From positions 3,410,001 to 3,474,000 of the forward strand of contig CAKKNE010000003.1 in the NCBI GenBank assembly GCA_918797485.1: DNA of 64,000 nt, read 5' to 3'. Below the pieces are notes generated by a model. That model saw nothing but the letters and a program-made list of their open reading frames with translations, ran no database searches and had not been told where the DNA came from. Shown here piece by piece: positions 32,086 through 42,964 of this stretch (positions are counted from its first letter, which is position 1; every line of letters starts with the position of its first letter). A program made the position numbers and the translations under genes. This stretch comes from Pelagomonas calceolata (lineage: Eukaryota).

Positions 32086-33266
32086 GTACATAGGTGGCAT
32101 TTTGGTGAAGCCTTCTTCGCGCGCTGGCACGTCCTGCACACGAGCACCTCCATGCTACAGGACGGGCACTTGGCGCCGGCCTGGTAGCGGTCCCATGGAA
32201 TTGAACATATGCCACACCTCGAAACGACGTCGTGCTTCGCAGCGCCATGGGCAAACCTCCTATCGAACACGTAATTCTTGCCGACCCAGTGCCCTCCTTC
32301 GTCCGGATACTGCTCCAGGTAGCGGTGGATGCCGCCCTCGAGCTGGCCGTGCGGCCGGATGCCTTCCCTGGCGAGGAAGGCCGACGCCCTTTCACAACGA
32401 ACCCCTCCGGTACAGTACATGAGCACCTTCTTGCCCTCTAGCTTAGCCTTGTTTCGCCTAACCCACTCCGGAAATTCCGTCGACCGGCGCATCTGGGGAT
32501 CTATATATTCTGCGCCTCCCGGGGGAGCGAAGCGCCCGATCAGCGTTTCATTGGCGTTGCGCACGTCAATAACCACGGCACTCGGGTCCTCGAGCGCCTC
32601 GTGGAACTCCGAGGGCGATAAGTGGTTCGCGCCCTTGTGTAAAGGGGCATCCTTCTCCGTAATGCCGTAGGTCACGATCTCCTCGACTTTCCAACATTTG
32701 GCACCCTTCATGAGGTGACTCTGTGGCAAGTGGTCCACAAATTTAAAATCGACAGAACCGTCAAAAGTCTCAGCATCAATTCTGGAGAGGTCTTCGCAAA
32801 AAGCTCTAGAACCTTCATACGTGGACGTCAGCGTCGCGTTGTAGCCCTCTCGCGCGACGCGGAGGCGCCCCGTCACGCCGTGCTTCTGCATCGCGGCGTG
32901 GCAGGCGGCTACCGCTTTCGTCGTCTCGCGGTCCGACGCTTTTGTCGGCCGGTAGGCGTAGAAGAGGACGAGCGTCGTCGGGCCGGCTTCTGTTGGTCGG
33001 GGCGGCGGCGGCGGCGGCGGCGCGGCCGCGGTCGGGCCCCGGTCGGCGTCGGCCGCGGGGGGCGGCGGCGGCGGCGCGGCCGCGGGCGGCGGCGCCGGCT
33101 CAGGCGCGGGCGCGGGCGCGGGCGCCGGCTCGGGCGCGGGCGCGGGCGCCGGCCGCCGCCGTTTCGCGCGCGGCTCGCCGTTCGACTTGCGCGCGGCGCG
33201 CGTCGCGCGGTAGGCGGCCGCCTCCCCGTCCGTCGGCGGTCGGCCCAGCCGGGCCGCGAGGTCCAT
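32082..33266 (-). CDS. Rhodanese-domain protein of the TrhO/YceA/TSTD2 family
   Basis: LFYAY, GRLRVAREGYNATL, IDVRNANETLIGRF, MYCTGGVRCERAS, LEGGIHRY, GKNYVFDRR and a C-terminal Cys cluster. Confidence 0.88.
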   Translation of the reverse strand: MDLAARLGRPPTDGEAAAYRATRAARKSNGEPRAKRRRPAPAPAPEPAPAPAPAPEPAPPPAAAPPPPPPAADADRGPTAAAPPPPPPPRPTEAGPTTLVLFYAYRPTKASDRETTKAVAACHAAMQKHGVTGRLRVAREGYNATLTSTYEGSRAFCEDLSRIDAETFDGSVDFKFVDHLPQSHLMKGAKCWKVEEIVTYGITEKDAPLHKGANHLSPSEFHEALEDPSAVVIDVRNANETLIGRFAPPGGAEYIDPQMRRSTEFPEWVRRNKAKLEGKKVLMYCTGGVRCERASAFLAREGIRPHGQLEGGIHRYLEQYPDEGGHWVGKNYVFDRRFAHGAAKHDVVSRCGICSIPWDRYQAGAKCPSCSMEVLVCRTCQRAKKASPKCHLCT

Positions 33267-33572
33267 GTTGCGTTGCACAGGCTGCTGCCGTGCGGCGGCG
33301 CGCAGGCGTCACGTTCTACGAATGCGCGTGGTCCCGGAGCCGTCCGCTCGCGTCACACGGCGACGGAACCCAACCAATACGTATGCGCAATGCCACTGCA
33401 TGCAGCAGCAAGAGCTCGAGTCCTTGCAGCGGTGCGCAAGCCGCACAACTGGACCCGCAGCTCTGATCGCATCCGTGACGCCGCGCCGCCGGCGCCGGGC
33501 ATCCGTAGCCCGTCCGCCGTCGTCCCCTCAGCCGGCGCCGGCCGCAGCCGTCGTCCCTGCGGAGCACACAGC

Positions 33573-36209
33573 ATGGACGCCCGCGCCTTCGCGCGGCGCA
33601 CGCGGCGCGGCGTTGTACGACGCGAGGTGCGCGAGGCCCACGGCGGCGAGGCGACGTTCCGCCGGCGGGGCGCGCCCGTGGCGAAGGAGGCGCTGCGCGA
33701 CGAACAGGCGACGTACGTCGTCCCCGACGCGAACGTCGTCCTGCACCAGCTCGACGTCCTGGAGCACCGCGACGTAAACTGCGCGCAGCTGGACCGGCTC
33801 GTGATCTGCCGCACCGTCGCCGAGGAGGTCCGCGCGCGGGACCGGCGATGTTATAGACGACTCCTGGCTTTAGTAAGAGACCCGGCTCGTCGAATTCTGA
33901 CGCTGCACCACGCGTCACCGACACCTCTGCCGCGAGAGTCGACGAACGACGCGAACGACCGGGCCATCCGGGACGCGGCGGCGCTGGTTAAAGAAGTCTG
34001 CGGCGATTGTATTTTGGCGACGGACGACGCCGACAACCGCAGGAAAGCGAAACAAGCGCATCTGCGCGCCCTCTCGACCTTGGAGCTTTGCGCACTCGTA
34101 GAACCGTCTCTCTCCGACCGCGTCTGCCGACATGACGACGACGGGGCCTCGTCGGACCAAGTCTACGCGCCGCATCTGCCGCCTCAAGAATTAAGGAAGG
34201 GCGTCGCGGCCGGTACGTTTACGCGGGGCGTCTTCCGGGCTACATCAGCATTTCGGGGCAGCGTCGGCGACGTGAGCATCGAAGGGTCCAATTGCAACCG
34301 CGCGCTCGACGGTGACGAGGTTGTTGTCGAGAGAGTGAAGGAGGCCGAAGCTTTGAATGAGGAGGAGGACGACGTCCGACTCAACGTGGGGGAAGACCTC
34401 AGAACATCGATGGGGAGAGTCGTCGGCATTCTGAAGAGGCGACCGGTCGAAGTATGTGGCTCCTTCGAGAGGTCGGGGCGGTTCCGGCCGCTGGACCGGC
34501 GCCTCCCCCGCGTCGTCGTCGAGAAGCGCGTTAAAGATACGGATACGAGAGTTGTTGTTAAGATTGACGGGTGGGACGCGTCTTCCAAGCTCCCGCGCGG
34601 TCATTTCGTGGCCGAGCTCGGGAAGCGAGGCGACCAGGCGACGGAGACGACGTGCATCCTGCGGGAGCAGGGCGTGGCCTCCGGGCCCTTCTCGGCCGGG
34701 GCGATGGGGTGTCTGCCTTCGCCGGATTTCGACGTGGAGGCGGACGCGCTCCGGTCGTCGAGGGAGGACCTCCGGGCCTCGGTGATCTGCTCGATCGACC
34801 CGCCGGGGTGTCGGGACATCGACGACGCGCTGTCTTGTACTTTTTCAGATGGTGTCTACCATGTTGGTATACATATAGCCGACGTGACGCGCTTCGTGGA
34901 AAGCGACTCCGCGTTGGACGCCGAGGCGAAATCGAGGGGCACGTCGACCTATCTCGTGGATAGGCGGCTGGACATGCTGCCCGTGCTGCTGACGGCGGAT
35001 CTGTGTTCCCTCCGGGCGAACGTGGATCGCCTCGCCTTCTCCGCGTTCGTCGACGTCGACGAGGAAGGCACGATTCTCGAGACGCGCTACGCGCGGACGG
35101 TCATCCGAAGTAGGGCCGCGTTGACCTACGAGCAGGCGCAGCGCATGATCGATTCCCAAGATGATTCCGGCGTCGGCGCTTCGGTGAGGCGGCTCTGTGC
35201 GCTCGCGAGGGTCCTGCGACGAAAACGCGTCGACGCCGGAGCGTTGGCGCTCGCGTCGCCCGAGGTCAAGTTCAAGTTGGACCGCGAGGACCAGCCCACG
35301 GACGTGTCCTCCTATCAATTGTACGAAGCGAACAAAGTCGTCGAGGAGTTCATGCTCCTGGCGAACGTCTGCGTCGCGTCTACGCTGGCCGAAAGGTTCC
35401 CGGCTTTAGCCTTATTAAGACGGCATCCCGCGCCGCCGCTCGAGAGGTTTTCCGACTTCCTGGAACATGCGTCCCGAAAAGGTTTTTCCATTGACGCGTC
35501 TACTTCCAAATCATTGGCGGACTCGTTAGATGCCGCGACCGATCCATCGGATCCGGAGTTGAACACTTTATTGAGGATCGCGGCCACGCGATGCATGGCG
35601 CCGGCCGCATACTTCTGTTGTCGCGACGAGCAGGGCGAACAACGACGGCACTACGGCCTGGCGGCTCCACTATATACGCACTTCACGTCGCCCATCAGAC
35701 GCTACGCGGACGTCGTCGTGCATCGATTACTAGCGGCAGCTATAAACGATAAACCGCTGCCTCCTGCCTACGCGGCGCGCGACGCGTCGACGCAACTGGG
35801 TAGATTGGCCACGGATTTAAATAGGTTGGCCACGAACGCGCAAAGGGCGTCGCGCCGAAGCGTCGCGCTGCACACGCTGTTGTTCTTCGCGAAGAAGCCG
35901 ATGGATCGGTGCGATGGGCGGGTGTTGGCCGTGCGCGACGGGCGTTTAGATGTCTTATTGCCGCAGTTCGGCGTCGAGGCCTCGATAAAGGTAGACGGCG
36001 TTGTCAAGGAGGGCGGCCTGGCCTGGGACGACGTCGTCGTGCGGGTCTTCGATCGCGTGGTCGTTCGGGTCGCGGTCGCGAAGCGCGATGAAGACGCCGA
36101 CGACGCCGTCGTGCTGGGCCTCGTGGAGCCCGCGCCGCCGCGGTCGTCGGGGGAGTCGGTGCCGCCTCGGTCGTCGGGGGAGCCGGTGGCGAAGAAGCGG
36201 CGGACGTAA
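33573..36209 (+). CDS. DIS3: Exosome complex exonuclease RRP44/DIS3
   Basis: PIN domain (VPDANVVLHQLDVLE, ESTNDANDRAIR) and RNB domain (SIDPPGCRDIDDAL, HIADV, HYGLAAPLYTHFTSPIRRYADVVVHRLL). The likely ATG is 33573. Confidence 0.93.
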   Translation: MDARAFARRTRRGVVRREVREAHGGEATFRRRGAPVAKEALRDEQATYVVPDANVVLHQLDVLEHRDVNCAQLDRLVICRTVAEEVRARDRRCYRRLLALVRDPARRILTLHHASPTPLPRESTNDANDRAIRDAAALVKEVCGDCILATDDADNRRKAKQAHLRALSTLELCALVEPSLSDRVCRHDDDGASSDQVYAPHLPPQELRKGVAAGTFTRGVFRATSAFRGSVGDVSIEGSNCNRALDGDEVVVERVKEAEALNEEEDDVRLNVGEDLRTSMGRVVGILKRRPVEVCGSFERSGRFRPLDRRLPRVVVEKRVKDTDTRVVVKIDGWDASSKLPRGHFVAELGKRGDQATETTCILREQGVASGPFSAGAMGCLPSPDFDVEADALRSSREDLRASVICSIDPPGCRDIDDALSCTFSDGVYHVGIHIADVTRFVESDSALDAEAKSRGTSTYLVDRRLDMLPVLLTADLCSLRANVDRLAFSAFVDVDEEGTILETRYARTVIRSRAALTYEQAQRMIDSQDDSGVGASVRRLCALARVLRRKRVDAGALALASPEVKFKLDREDQPTDVSSYQLYEANKVVEEFMLLANVCVASTLAERFPALALLRRHPAPPLERFSDFLEHASRKGFSIDASTSKSLADSLDAATDPSDPELNTLLRIAATRCMAPAAYFCCRDEQGEQRRHYGLAAPLYTHFTSPIRRYADVVVHRLLAAAINDKPLPPAYAARDASTQLGRLATDLNRLATNAQRASRRSVALHTLLFFAKKPMDRCDGRVLAVRDGRLDVLLPQFGVEASIKVDGVVKEGGLAWDDVVVRVFDRVVVRVAVAKRDEDADDAVVLGLVEPAPPRSSGESVPPRSSGEPVAKKRRT

Positions 36210-36435
36210 GAGTTGTGTTTCTACTACGGCTCGCCGTCGTCTCGCGCGCGGGTCTGCTGCCGGGACTTTTTCGTGGATCAAGCGTCCTAGGACGTACCGA
36301 TACGTCTCGGAGAGACGCGATTCGTCCCCGACGACGGGCGTTGAAGCCCCGTTGCTCCGCTGACTTGCGGGATGGTCCGGATTCCTGAGAGCGAAATTGG
36401 GGCTGCCCAAAAAGACAGGCGAGCCGCCCAGAACG

Positions 36436-37851
36436 ATGGCGGAGACGAAATACTGCAGCTCCTGCAGCAAGACGAAGCCCGCGGACGAATTCATCCACCC
36501 GCGCACTGGCAAGGATGGGGCAACCTGTGCGGAATGCATCATAAAGCGCAGCGCCGCCGCCAAGCGGACGGCCCCGGTCGACACGGCGGCGACGCTCCAG
36601 CTCCACACGTCACGCCTCGACGACCACGAGGGGCGCATCGCCTGCGTCGAGGACGCGGTGTTTGAGGACGCGCCGCTGGGCGCGCCGGCCGCACCCGACG
36701 CCGGCACGTTCACCAAGTCCCAGCTCCGACGCCAGCGGCGCAGAAACAAGAAGGCGGGCCGCGCGGCCGCGCGAGTTCTAGACTTTGTGCTGGTCGGCAA
36801 CGACGCGGCGAGCGATTCGACGACGGACCTCGACTCGCTCGCGTCGACGCACTCGTGCGTGCGCGCGCTCGTCGAGGAAAACAGGCAGCTCTCGGCGGGC
36901 CTGCGCGGCATGCGGCTCCTGCTCCGCGATCCGTCGGCGCGGCTCTTGCAACGCGTCGGCCGCGGAATGATGGGGCGCCGCCGGGCCAAGTCGAGGTTTG
37001 CGGCTGTTCGGAAGATTCAGGCCATGGTGCGCCGTCGGGCGAAGCGCAAGTTCGCGGCGGCCGTTGAGATCCAAAAGATCGTGCGCGGGCTGCCCTGTGT
37101 CGCTCTCCGGCTCAAGTGCCTCCGCGCTTCCGTCGTCATCGCCGCTGCGTTGCGCCGCTACCACGTGCTCTCGGCGACGCCACTTGGAAGACTACTCTCG
37201 AAGACGCGGCGCCTGGCAAAGGAGTTAACTGAGACGAAAGTAGCCCTCGTGGCCGAGGAGAAGAAGAAAGAGGAGTTGCTGCGCCTACGAGCTTTGGCGC
37301 TACAGAGGTTGAATAGTGAGGTCACGATCGTGAAAAGGGAGAAGGACGAGGCGCAGGCCAAGCTGACCAAGGCGAACGAGCAGCTCGCCGCAAACGAGCG
37401 CGAGCTGAAGAACGCCGTGCACGCGACGCTCTGCGACCCCGGTTACCACGCTTCCGCTGCACGGCCTGTTCGCGACAAAAACGCGGGCCCTATCACGAAA
37501 GTGTGTTCGACGATCCTGCGCGCTCTCCAGAATCCGAAGGATAGTTATGGACATAGCTTGAAGCCTGCTGTTGCCCAGATAATCACGAGGGATCTCACGG
37601 TCGAGGTCACCGGGGCCACCCTCTTCGCGACAAGCCCGCAGTATTGGAAGAACTCACCAGCAGGCAAGCAGTGGTTATCAGCGAATCGTGACAAAAAAAT
37701 CCCCGGGATTGTCCGATACCACGAAAAATCTGGTTACGATTACTGCAGGCCAGGATACAAGTTTTTCCAAACGCAGGCCAATGGGGAAGTCACTACTTTC
37801 AATGGTGAGTATCCTATACTTTCAGCGGACCAGTTTGAAATCGTCTACTAG
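36436..37851 (+). CDS. Hypothetical protein with N-terminal CxxC pair, IQ-like motifs and coiled coil
   Basis: CSSCSKTKPADEF..CAEC; LQRVGRG, IQAMVRR and IQKIVRG; heptad-rich segment. Confidence 0.6.
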   Translation: MAETKYCSSCSKTKPADEFIHPRTGKDGATCAECIIKRSAAAKRTAPVDTAATLQLHTSRLDDHEGRIACVEDAVFEDAPLGAPAAPDAGTFTKSQLRRQRRRNKKAGRAAARVLDFVLVGNDAASDSTTDLDSLASTHSCVRALVEENRQLSAGLRGMRLLLRDPSARLLQRVGRGMMGRRRAKSRFAAVRKIQAMVRRRAKRKFAAAVEIQKIVRGLPCVALRLKCLRASVVIAAALRRYHVLSATPLGRLLSKTRRLAKELTETKVALVAEEKKKEELLRLRALALQRLNSEVTIVKREKDEAQAKLTKANEQLAANERELKNAVHATLCDPGYHASAARPVRDKNAGPITKVCSTILRALQNPKDSYGHSLKPAVAQIITRDLTVEVTGATLFATSPQYWKNSPAGKQWLSANRDKKIPGIVRYHEKSGYDYCRPGYKFFQTQANGEVTTFNGEYPILSADQFEIVY

Positions 37852-38187
37852 TAGACCAGCCCAAAGACGATCTCGATCGCCGCCGCGCAAGCCACTCTCC
37901 CCCTAGTTCCCGCGCGCATAGCTAGCCCGTGTAAGTCATCGGCAGCACAATGATAGAAGGCGAATTCCTTACCCGCGCGCCGCTCCCGGACGACGTCGCC
38001 GGCTGCTCTACGAGCGCCGGCGCCACGCCGTCGTCGCGCCCGCCTCAATCGTCGTCGCCCATCTTGCAGTCGAGGGCTGCTGCGCCCGTCCACTACCCCA
38101 TCATCTTACAAATGAGCATACGAGTAACCCGGGAGAAAATTAGTACGCGCGCCGCCGCCGCGCCCCTCGATCCATAGCCTGAGGAAC

Positions 38188-39452
38188 TCAGTTGGCGACG
38201 CCCTCGATCTCCTCGAGCTTCATGCCCTCCGTGTCCTTGAGGTACGTCTCCGGCACGAGGCCCAGGTTCGACGAGCCGCCGTAGACCGTGGGCTTGCCGA
38301 AGGGGTCGTAGCCGCCGGCGCCGCCGCCGGCCGGGGCCGGCGGTGGCCGGCGCGGCGCGGCGGGCCGCGCGGCGCGCGGCCGCGGGGCCGGCCGGTCGCG
38401 GCGCGGGCGCGGCGGCGCCTTGTCGGCGGCGGCGGCGGGCGCGGCGGCGGACGCGGCGGGCGCGCGCGGCGCGCGCGGCGCGCGGGGCGCGCGCGGGGGC
38501 CGCGCCGCCGGCGCGGGCGGCGCGGGGGCCGGCGGCGGCGGCGGCGCGGGCGGCGGCGCCTGCTTGACGGAGGCGATGGACGCCCACGTCGCCTTGGCGG
38601 GCGGCGCGGGCGGCGGCGCGGGCGCCGGGGCCGGGGCCTTGGCGGGCGCCGGCCGCGCCGCCTTGGCGGGCTTGGCGGCGGCGGCCCGCGCGGGCGCGGC
38701 GGTAGGCGCGGCGGCGGGCGCGGCCGCCGGCTCGGGCGCCGGCTCGGGCGCCGGCGCGGGCGCCGGCGGCGGCGCCTTGCGCCCGGTGAGCCCGCCGCCG
38801 CCGTCGACGGGGCCCCCGCTGAAGCTGCCCGTCGACGGCGCCGGCCGGGCCGCGGGCGCGCGCGGCGGCGGCCGCGCGGCGCGCGGCGCGGCGGGCTTGC
38901 CGGCGGGCGCCGCGGGCGCGGCGGGCGCCGCGGCGCCCTTGCCCGCGGGCGCGGGCGCGCCCTTGCCCGCGGGGCGCTCGCGCCGCGGCGGCGCCACGCG
39001 CGCGCTCAGGTTCCGGCCGTCGAGCTCGCTGCCGTCGAGCGCCTTCGCCGCGGCCTCGGCGTCCTTCAGGAAGCGGAAGCCGACGCGCGCGCGGCCCGTC
39101 GACGTGCCGTCGGGCTTCGTCTGCAGGTCGACGCGGCCGAAGCCGCCGTCGAGCACCGTCTTGACGTGCTCCTTGAGGTCGTAGCGCTTCGTGTCGTAGC
39201 TCAGGTTGTGGAGCGTCACGCAGTGGCCGTCCTCGCCGCCCTTGCCCTCGGAAGGGCCCTTGCCGCGGCCGGCGCCGCGGCCGCGGCCCTCGCCGCGGCC
39301 CTCGCCCGCGCGCGCGCGTCGCTGCCCTTGCCCTTGCCCTTGCCGCGGCCGCGGCCGCGGCCGCCGCGGCCGCGGCCCTCGCCGGCGCCGCGGCCGCGGC
39401 CCTCGGCGGCCGGCGTCGTCGTCTTCGGGGGGGCGGTCTCGGTCTCGGACAT
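38188..39452 (-). CDS. RRM RNA-binding protein with RG-rich N-terminus and Pro/Ala-rich tail (apparent frameshift near 39310)
   Basis: VTLHNLSYDTKRYDLKEHV..STGRARVGF..AAAKALDGSELDGRNLSA. The N-terminus MSETETAPPK lies in a different frame. Confidence 0.7.
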
Positions 39453-40144
39453 TGTTGGTTTTTTGTGTGCGCGAGCGGGGACCTGCGAGGGCGGGTTCGG
39501 TCGCGGTCCTGCGGTTTCGCGCGCGCGCTCATTGCCGCAGCGTCTCCGTCCTCTCCGCTCGGACCTCGGCAGCGCTCCGGCGGCGTCGCGGCAGCGTCGG
39601 AGCCGTTCGGGAGGCCTCATTTTGCTAGCGAGCGGTGCTATTTTGTGTGATGGATAGCCAAGCGTTGCGCCGGCGGCGCGTTGCGCTCGAGCACGAATAC
39701 GGCCTTGCAAGCCATGCTATTTTTTGCGCTGCCTTGGCACGAGGGCGTAGCGTGAGACGACGGCGGAGGACGGCGACGATGGTATGGGAGGATGGAGTAG
39801 GGGTAGTCTGGAAGACGGCTCCAAAAGGAGGATCCGTGCAGGTTGCAGTCCGTGCGATGGTGGCAGAGGCTTGTCGCGGGCTAGCGTAGTTACCCACTAG
39901 AATCTAGTTACCCACTAGAATCAGCCCTCGTCGTCTTTGGAGATCAAAACGAACGTCGGCGCAAACAGCTCCTCTGTTGATCGGAAGGATCCCCAGTGCT
40001 GCTCGCACGGCTGCGTCGTCGACGGGCATCCGTCGACACTGGAGGACGCCCTCTCCAGCCGGGGCCACCCCACCGTCCAGCGGCGGTCGTGATCCGCAGG
40101 AGCCGACGTCCCTTCGATCGAGCAAGACCGCCCAGCATCCAAAC

Positions 40145-42706
40145 ATGGCGGCCGTCGCCCCGCTCATCGAGTACCACCGCCGCGACCTCCTCCACAGCCG
40201 CGGCGTCGTGCCCTTCGAGCGCCACCTCGTGACACAGACCCAGAAGCCGCCTCCGTTAATTGTCGCCGACCAACGAGCGCTCGCGACGCTTTTCGCGCTG
40301 CCGTGGGGCCCCGCGACGCTCGTCGTGCAGAACGTCGGGGGGGCTTTGGTCCTCGAGAGCGGCGGTGTTCTTGAGGAGGCGGCCCCGCCGGCCAAGAAGG
40401 CGCTGCCCACGACGCCCGCCGAACGGACCAAGGCGGCATTATTAGCGTGCACGGCGTTAGCCAAGGAGAGCCAGACGTCTTTAACTGAAAGACGGAGAGA
40501 AGAAGCTCAATACGCCGAGCGCTGCGCGCGCCAGCTCGCGCCGTCCAATGATGATGACGATAGTTACGATTTGAAGCCGCACGAGCCCTACGTTCGGGTC
40601 AGGAGGTGGCGGCTCGGCGACCTGCAACTGTTGTCGGGGAGCGACTGCGCCCTGCTGGGGGGCGGCTGCGCGCTCCGGTTATCTACGATAAGCTCGCTAC
40701 AGTCCTCGTCCCAAAAGCGGCTCGCGGCGTTGGACTGCTGGCTGGACGCGATCTTGACGGGCGCACCTCGAGTAGCTTTGTGCCTGTCGAACGACGAGGG
40801 CCTGGTGGTTGGTGGGAGAATTGTGGACGTCTGCGAGGTGCCGCACACGCTCGCGGGGCGCGGCGAGCAGGCGCTGTTCGACATAAGAACGATCAACGAG
40901 GACGCGATTCAACTCCTAAGGTTCCTCGCGAAGCATTGTAACAAAGAGGGCGCCACGTATGTGTTAACGACGCGGGGCCAAGGAGCTCATATCGAATTGT
41001 ACGACGTCAACCGGCTCGCGGATACGAGTAAGCGGCACTGGAAGTGGCTCCTAGCTACATTAGCTGCGAGGATCGCGCGGCGGTTGGGCGCGCACCTGCG
41101 GTCGTCCGAGGACGTCTCAGATGAGTTGAGGGAGAGACATGGTGCCCTGATCGACTCGGCGCTTGATCTATTAAGTGAGGTGCGCGACCTCGGCGGCGCG
41201 TCGCACGACGCTTTACGAAGGTCGCTGCACGAGGCCGGGGCCCTGGCTTTGTTACCCGGTTTCGTGCCTTCCAGTCTATCAAAGAGTGCGAGGCGCTTCT
41301 TCGGGTGCGCCTCGACCGCTTCGGACGCGGCGGGCTTCGAGCGCCTCGATTATGACGTGGCGACGCTAGAAAGAGCAAGGAGGCGCTTCGAAAGCGCGGA
41401 CATCCGGGACGTCGCAATCGACTGCGCCCTGGCCCTCGCGAAGCGCCACCTCGAGGCGCAGCGGCCCGCGGAGCTCATGCATGAAATTAGGAGGTGCCTG
41501 TCTTCTGAATTAACGAAGGCGCGCGAGGCGGCTTTAAGGCATGTGGCCTGCGCGTTTGCCCACGAGGCAGCTAGAGACCCGCACGGCTGGTGCGCGCGCG
41601 GTGTCGTGCCCGGAGACGCGCGCAAGCTCCTGGAAGACGTCGGCGAGCGCTTCGGGGATCCCGGCGGCGACGCGGCCCGCGCCGCGCGGAACGCGGCGCT
41701 CGACGCGCACGAGGACGGCGTCGCGCCACGATTTAAGAATGACGCCGTGTCGCTACGAGCTGCGGCTTCAGAGGCCGATCGTAGCGACGAGGCGACGCCT
41801 TCATCGTTGGCGCACGCCGTCCAGCTCGCGGCGTCGCTCGAGGCGGCGCTGTCGGCGACGCGCTTAGCCTTCGGGCCGTCATCTCCGGAAGCTCTGGTGG
41901 TTGCGGCGCGCCTCGGGGCGAGCCAGGCCGCCGTCGGCGCGCGGATCGCTTCACAAAATCACGCCACTTCTAGATCTTGGCTCCACGCGGCGCTCTGCCG
42001 CCTCCACGCGTGCGGCGACGTCGACAACGAAGCGCGGGTGCGCCTCGAGGTCGCCCTCGCCCAAAAGCGCGAGGCCGCTCATCTCCTAGACCGCCAGGAC
42101 TCGGGAAAAGCCGTCGCCGTGGCCCAAGACGCGCAGCGCGCGGGCGAGGCGGCCCTCGCGATCGCTTGTGATGCTAACTTAAAGCTCCAGGCCGCGGCCG
42201 AAATTGCGTCGTGCGCGTTGCTCGAGGCGCTCGCCACTTCAAAGGTCGGCAAGGGCGCCGAGCGGGCGTTCGACCGCGCCGTGGCCGTCGCGGCGACGCC
42301 CCGCGGCGCGGCCTGCGCGCGGCTCCAGCGGGGCCGCTTCCTGGGGTCCCTAGCATCAACGCAGAAGAGGCGAGAGATGCGCGTGCGGGACCTCGCGACG
42401 GCGGCCAGTGGCTTGCGGGCGAGCGATCCCCAGGTCGCGGCGGCGGCGGCGCGCGAGCTCGCGGCCTTCGTGGACGCGCCGGGCGATTTGCTGCTGGCGG
42501 TCCGCGCGCTCGCGCTTACTGACAACGACGGGGCGCTGCTGACGGCGACAGCTAAACGTCTGCTGGCCTGCACGCGGCACGGTGCTGATGAGAACGCGGC
42601 GGCCGCGCGGGCGGCCTGCAAGGCCTGCTACGGCGCGGCGCTCCGCGGCGACGCGGCGGGCGCGGCGGCCGCGCTCGAGCCGCTCTTTTCCCGGGGCGGC
42701 GTGTAG
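40145..42706 (+). CDS. EDRF1-like protein
   Basis: VVQNVGGALVLE, WRLGDLQLLSGSD, LDCWLDAILTGAPRVALC and LRFLAKHCNKEGATY..IELYDV match EDRF1 N-terminal motifs. The C-terminus is helical. Confidence 0.7.
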   Translation: MAAVAPLIEYHRRDLLHSRGVVPFERHLVTQTQKPPPLIVADQRALATLFALPWGPATLVVQNVGGALVLESGGVLEEAAPPAKKALPTTPAERTKAALLACTALAKESQTSLTERRREEAQYAERCARQLAPSNDDDDSYDLKPHEPYVRVRRWRLGDLQLLSGSDCALLGGGCALRLSTISSLQSSSQKRLAALDCWLDAILTGAPRVALCLSNDEGLVVGGRIVDVCEVPHTLAGRGEQALFDIRTINEDAIQLLRFLAKHCNKEGATYVLTTRGQGAHIELYDVNRLADTSKRHWKWLLATLAARIARRLGAHLRSSEDVSDELRERHGALIDSALDLLSEVRDLGGASHDALRRSLHEAGALALLPGFVPSSLSKSARRFFGCASTASDAAGFERLDYDVATLERARRRFESADIRDVAIDCALALAKRHLEAQRPAELMHEIRRCLSSELTKAREAALRHVACAFAHEAARDPHGWCARGVVPGDARKLLEDVGERFGDPGGDAARAARNAALDAHEDGVAPRFKNDAVSLRAAASEADRSDEATPSSLAHAVQLAASLEAALSATRLAFGPSSPEALVVAARLGASQAAVGARIASQNHATSRSWLHAALCRLHACGDVDNEARVRLEVALAQKREAAHLLDRQDSGKAVAVAQDAQRAGEAALAIACDANLKLQAAAEIASCALLEALATSKVGKGAERAFDRAVAVAATPRGAACARLQRGRFLGSLASTQKRREMRVRDLATAASGLRASDPQVAAAAARELAAFVDAPGDLLLAVRALALTDNDGALLTATAKRLLACTRHGADENAAAARAACKACYGAALRGDAAGAAAALEPLFSRGGV

Positions 42707-42964
42707 TGGTGGTAATCGTGTGGTTTGTGATCAAGTTAGATCGCAGGGGCAAGTTGCTGGGTGGTTCGGTATTGTTGTTTAGGCTAGCAGTAGAGATACT
42801 AGCATCACAAGAGGCGCACTCGAGAGGCGTGCAGGGCAGCGTGCTTGCTAAGGACTAAGCTCGAGGCGCGTTCCATCTTACGCCCAGCGACTGCACGGTG
42901 TAGTGTGCGCATCACTACATCCCTCGAGCGCTGACCCGCCCTGTGCAGTGATCAGTGATCACGC

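Noticed and set aside
32715..33572. N-terminal extension of DIS3 in the ORF track (and similar extensions of the sulfatase, kinase and EDRF1-like ORFs)
   Set aside because: They run upstream of the first homologous Met, start at non-ATG codons, and in some cases overlap neighbouring genes; downstream ATGs fit the homology better.
39887..39922. 18-bp tandem duplication tagttacccactagaatc
   Set aside because: An isolated two-copy duplication with no further structure.
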